Positions 61,201 to 64,000 of a stretch of DNA of 64,000 bases are shown here, piece by piece. A program made the translations under genes and the position numbers. The notes under the pieces were generated by a model, which ran no database searches, was not told the DNA's origin, and saw nothing but the letters and a program-made list of their open reading frames with translations. The stretch is taken from contig CATNEN010000038.1 of NCBI GenBank assembly GCA_950097015.1, positions 12,462,001-12,526,000 of the forward strand, read 5' to 3'. The first letter of the stretch is position 1; each line of letters starts with the position of its first letter. This stretch comes from Macrostomum hystrix (taxonomy: Eukaryota > Animalia > Platyhelminthes).

Positions 61201-63990
61201 GTGCCGATATTGGTGGTTTTTGCCACAAGAAACCCCGATGAGAATCGTTGAATAATCTTGAATATTCCGATGCTTTGTGATTCTTTAAGCTGTTTCATCT
61301 GATACAGCGGAAAATTTTAGCGCGTGTTTTGGATTTTCACGGCGATTGGTTGAATATTTTGGGAGATACAGAGCAAAGAAACATGTGGGTATTTGAAATA
61401 GCCCCATGGTATTTCTACAGTTAAAATGTTGTAAATCTAGCCTGAACTCACTGCTGCAGGAGTCGTTGCTATGATGAAACTTTGCTCCATTGTTCAGCAT
61501 GTATACAAATCTCCCACTTTGGTCGCACACGTAGGTCCTGTTGTCCGCGGACTCAGGCAGGAACTCAAAGCCGTAGCTGCAGGCGAAGATCAGCTGACTG
61601 CCCACCCGGTACAGGGTCCACGACTCGGTCACCAGGCTCGCATTGCCCACGACTGGAGTCGTGGAGCAAACTAAATCTGCGAATAATCAAAAATGCGACT
61701 TTAAATCGAGCTGGGAGAAGCTTTGAAAATCTAGAGTGCAAATCAAAGTGATTTACATGGAGTTTCAACTTGAAACTGTCTAGCCAGGCCTTTGACTGGG
61801 GGCCGCAACCATCAAAGCTTCTACCCGTGCTAACTCAGAGCCGATTTCACAGCTCAGCGAACAGAAACAACGGAGCATCCATTTTTAGCTAATCTTAAGC
61901 TAAGATTCAGACATTTTTGTCCGGCGTCCGAAGGTTTAACCACTTCGGTCGAAACATCGATGTTCATGGACAAGCGGAACATAAATTTCTAAACATTTAA
62001 ATTAAATGTTTACTAAATTATAATTTCTTGTCGTCAAATTCCTGAGTAAACTCAGGCGTCAAGGGATACTATCCAACTCTGAGTGCAAAAAGTACTTTTA
62101 CTCAAATGTTGTTTCTTGAAATTCGTATAGTGCTGCTACGTACACGTTATTCCTGGGTGTGTTAATAAACTTTGCCAAAGATGAAGTTAAAAATTACTTA
62201 CTCCATGTGCGATGCACTTTAGCTGCATTGTCCTGGCAGTGCGGCTCGTTGGTGCTGTTGCAGGGAGTTGAGCATACTTCATCAGAACCGGCTTTGCCAT
62301 AAGTTGTGTAATCCGCAGAACAGAAACACAGTCTCATAACTGAATGGTTTTGATAAGTTCAATACTACGCGTAGGTTTAAAATATATCTAGATTCTTTAT
62401 ATTTCGAGCATGAAAATTATTTTCAGTACCTTTGCTCGATGTTATCGTATTAGAAACATATGACTTATTAGAATCTGAAATATGTTGAGAGATAAATCTT
62501 TGATCGCTCCCCATGAATGTGTTAATGAACATGAATGCTTGCAGTCAAAAGATGACAATTAAAATACCTTTGTAACAGAGGACACGAAGGGGCGCGGATT
62601 CTAGCAGCAGAAGCTTTCTTTCTCCTAACTGAAATCCAAGGTTACTGCTGCTGCTGTTGGTTGGCAAAAGCTCTTCAATGAGGCCGTCGAACCCGCTATA
62701 AAATGCTTTTGCTGCATTGCTCCCTACAAAATAAACGAAAAATGGCAGTAAGAACAAGGAATATCGTCTTCTCAAAGCTAATGGCTAAAGTATGCACAAT
62801 TTTACCTGACTTCATAATATATACCCAAGGTCCTCGATAAAACTCGTGGAGATACGCTGAAAGTTATTCGAAGAAGTTATGGTATACATGCGTGCTTACA
62901 CGCTGTGTTTTGACCGCGTTGCAAATACAATGTTTTGTTTCATATATTTTTCTGTTTTCCCGTACACGGGACTTGTACCAGGTAACAATTTTCGATAGTC
63001 AATGAAAAGCGAGAAAATAATGAATTAAAAATAGCACACAAATTAAATCTAAAGTAACCAAAAAAGCAAATTTTTGTTGCAGTAAGCAAATCGAAAAGCA
63101 TAAGCATATACTTACAGAGCCATTCTGAAACAGTGTCATTAAGCAGAACTAACACAGAGCCACCAATCTCATTGCATAGAGCATCAGCTTGTGGTTTTAG
63201 ACTGCTTGACGAGAAGGAAATAATTTCCCTCGCCATCTTGAAGTTGAGGTTTTTCTGAATGGACACACAGCCGCCCAACTCCGGGATGAAAAGCCAGCTG
63301 GGAGTGCTGCATCTCGCCAGGTTATCGTCGGTCTCTGCGGATAATGGGTCTGTGACTGTCTGAGAATGTTCTCTGGGGTGATAATAAAGCAGATAATACA
63401 CGTACGAGCGTTGCTCCTAGTAGTTTGGAACATGGCATATGGCTGTCCCAAGGATCCACAGGCCTCAACGCAGGTCGCTTCACTGTCAGCCGCCTCTGTG
63501 GAATTGCGCAGCATGATGGCGTCGTCAGCTCTGGGGTCCCACTGAAGGTAGTAGCAGCCCATGTAGGCGTTTGTTTCTGAAATTAACAAGCTTCTTGGTA
63601 CTCATGGTACTAGCATATTAGCTGTGGATTAGTTTAAAGTTCAATAACTAACCGTTAAATTCTCTGTAAGGCGTCGCCAGTGGTAGAAGCTGAAGCTCCG
63701 GGCTAAATGTGCTGTCAATGACGTCAACGAGCAGACTGGTAGTCACAACTGGTCTCTGGTACATTATTGTCCGAGGCGTGAAGAATGCACCGAATGAAGG
63801 ATATAGCTGGAATAGAAAGATATTTCCCTTATAAAAATCTAACTGTCCCCGTTATATAAAGAAATTCTCTTGGTATTATTACGAAAAGAACTGCTGAAAA
63901 TTACCTCGGAATTGTAGTTCATGATAATTCTATGTTCCATGCGGTCAGAGTTGTAGTACTTATGACGAAGTGACCGAAATGCATCGTTTT
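46266..63990 (-). CDS. Gene A (5' part outside window): paralog of gene B with ~35 CCP exons visible
   Basis: Exon-by-exon correspondence with gene B. CSYGFEFLPE..DNRTYVCDQSG occurs at 61.5 kb and 13.6 kb. LRLFDSVFYEA...FFTVINASWWFSTCL occurs at 48.5 kb and 5.9 kb. The last recognised CCP exon is 222 bp in both genes (46266-46487 and 3306-3527). Confidence 0.85.
47400..47708 (+). mobile_element. SINE family B copy; further partial copies at ~4110-4228(+), 18325-18525(+), 23575-23852(+), 49408-49575(-)
   Basis: TAACGCATTTGCCTCTCGCACC..GTGCAATTTACGCCCTTGAGGGCC..CCTCCTCGCTGGCTGGGGGTCTAGTGTC. Confidence 0.75.
49879..59449 (-). CDS. Gene A: eight tandem copies of a three-exon CCP cassette (A-B-C)
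   Basis: A-type (C....L..LPKV...D.(Y/F)TD.F.I.C.NSSTEEF..C...WTNQ.VW..GC.G) at ~59.3, 58.2, 56.4, 55.2, 54.0, 52.6, 51.6, 50.6 kb. B-type (RLCQPL..PN.TY..L.CP.GH.LP..SP.ET.CQTNK.WS.F..CER) at ~58.9, 57.1, 55.9, 54.8, 53.3, 52.2, 51.3, 50.3 kb. C-type (GL.CP.L.LPAN.SI..RRLYD.V.LKAE.GFYF..CALN..YWT.IS.L) at ~58.5, 56.8, 55.6, 54.5, 52.9, 51.9, 51.0, 50.0 kb. Confidence 0.85.
53640..53880 (-). mobile_element. SINE family A copy (degenerate)
   Basis: AGATGTGCAGCCGACAGCACAGCCGC, AGTCCATGGACTG and GAATCGAACCCCCGA..TGAGTCC are shared with 2805-3096. Confidence 0.65.
57368..57655 (+). mobile_element. SINE family A copy
   Basis: GGAGGTTGTAGCATTGTGGTAAGAGCGTCGAACTCGTGAC..GGGGTTCGATTC head and CAGTCCATAGACTAAACAGCC..GCAATAGCTGCGGCTGTGCTG tail match the 2805-3096 copy. 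Confidence 0.8.
57706..58040 (+). mobile_element. tRNA-derived SINE family B, near full length, (ATT)n tail
   Basis: Head GGTCGGTGGTAGAGTAGTTAACGCGTTTGCCTCTCGCACC..GTTCGA; body CCTGACGATGAGAAAGTCAG; tail TCGCTGGCTGCGGGTC..GCAATTATTATTATT. About 9-10 related copies are present in the window. Confidence 0.8.
60893..61420. mobile_element. MITE family 1, copy 4 (opposite orientation)
   Basis: AGAAAGACCACAGGGCTATTTCAAATACCCACTGCC ... GGGTATTTGAAATAGCCCCATGGTATTTCTACAG followed by TTAA. Reverse-complement similarity to 9043-9580. Confidence 0.78.
62202..63990 (-). CDS. Gene A discoidin-like segment and split WSC with inserted CTLD-like exons
   Basis: YPSFGAFFTPRTIMYQRPVVT (63.7 kb); YMGCYY..CVEACGSLGQPYAMFQ (63406-63576); CSTPSWLF..GGCV..LCNEIGG..VLCYK (62.57-63.33 kb); LCFCSADY..CSTPC..C..VHRTW (62202-62339). 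Confidence 0.75.
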
Positions 63991-64000
63991 CTTTAAAAAA

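Noticed and set aside
3306-63990. A single gene spanning the whole window
   Set aside because: A signal-peptide exon at 41380-41491 and repetition of the whole C-terminal exon series favour two tandem paralogs, although read-through cannot be excluded without transcripts.

Overview
Eukaryotic, intron-rich invertebrate-type genomic DNA with GT-AG introns (many only ~40-100 bp), SINEs and LINEs; the species cannot be assigned from sequence alone. The minus strand carries two tandem paralogous genes for giant extracellular mosaic proteins. Gene B runs from a signal-peptide exon at 41491 to at least 3306 (about 47 exons, roughly 3,900-4,000 aa by hand tally). Its order is: signal peptide, 6 Sushi/CCP modules, repeated WSC / short fibrinogen-N-like / C-type-lectin-like (CTLD) modules, a discoidin-like segment, a WSC domain split by an inserted CTLD, then about 17 CCP. 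Gene A enters from beyond 64000 and ends at or after 46266. It has the same C-terminal exon order, but one three-exon CCP cassette (A-B-C) is amplified 8 times versus once at the matching position in gene B. Introns and the intergenic gap hold: a full-length, frameshifted LOA-type non-LTR retrotransposon with RNase H and a 12-bp TSD; a 3' fragment of the same family; an RTEX/L2-like LINE fragment; an internally deleted Tc1/IS630-like element; a TIR MITE family (4 copies); two tRNA-derived SINE families; a GC-rich composite repeat; a probable solo LTR; and several minisatellites. Exon coordinates were read by eye and the true 3' ends of both genes were not found.
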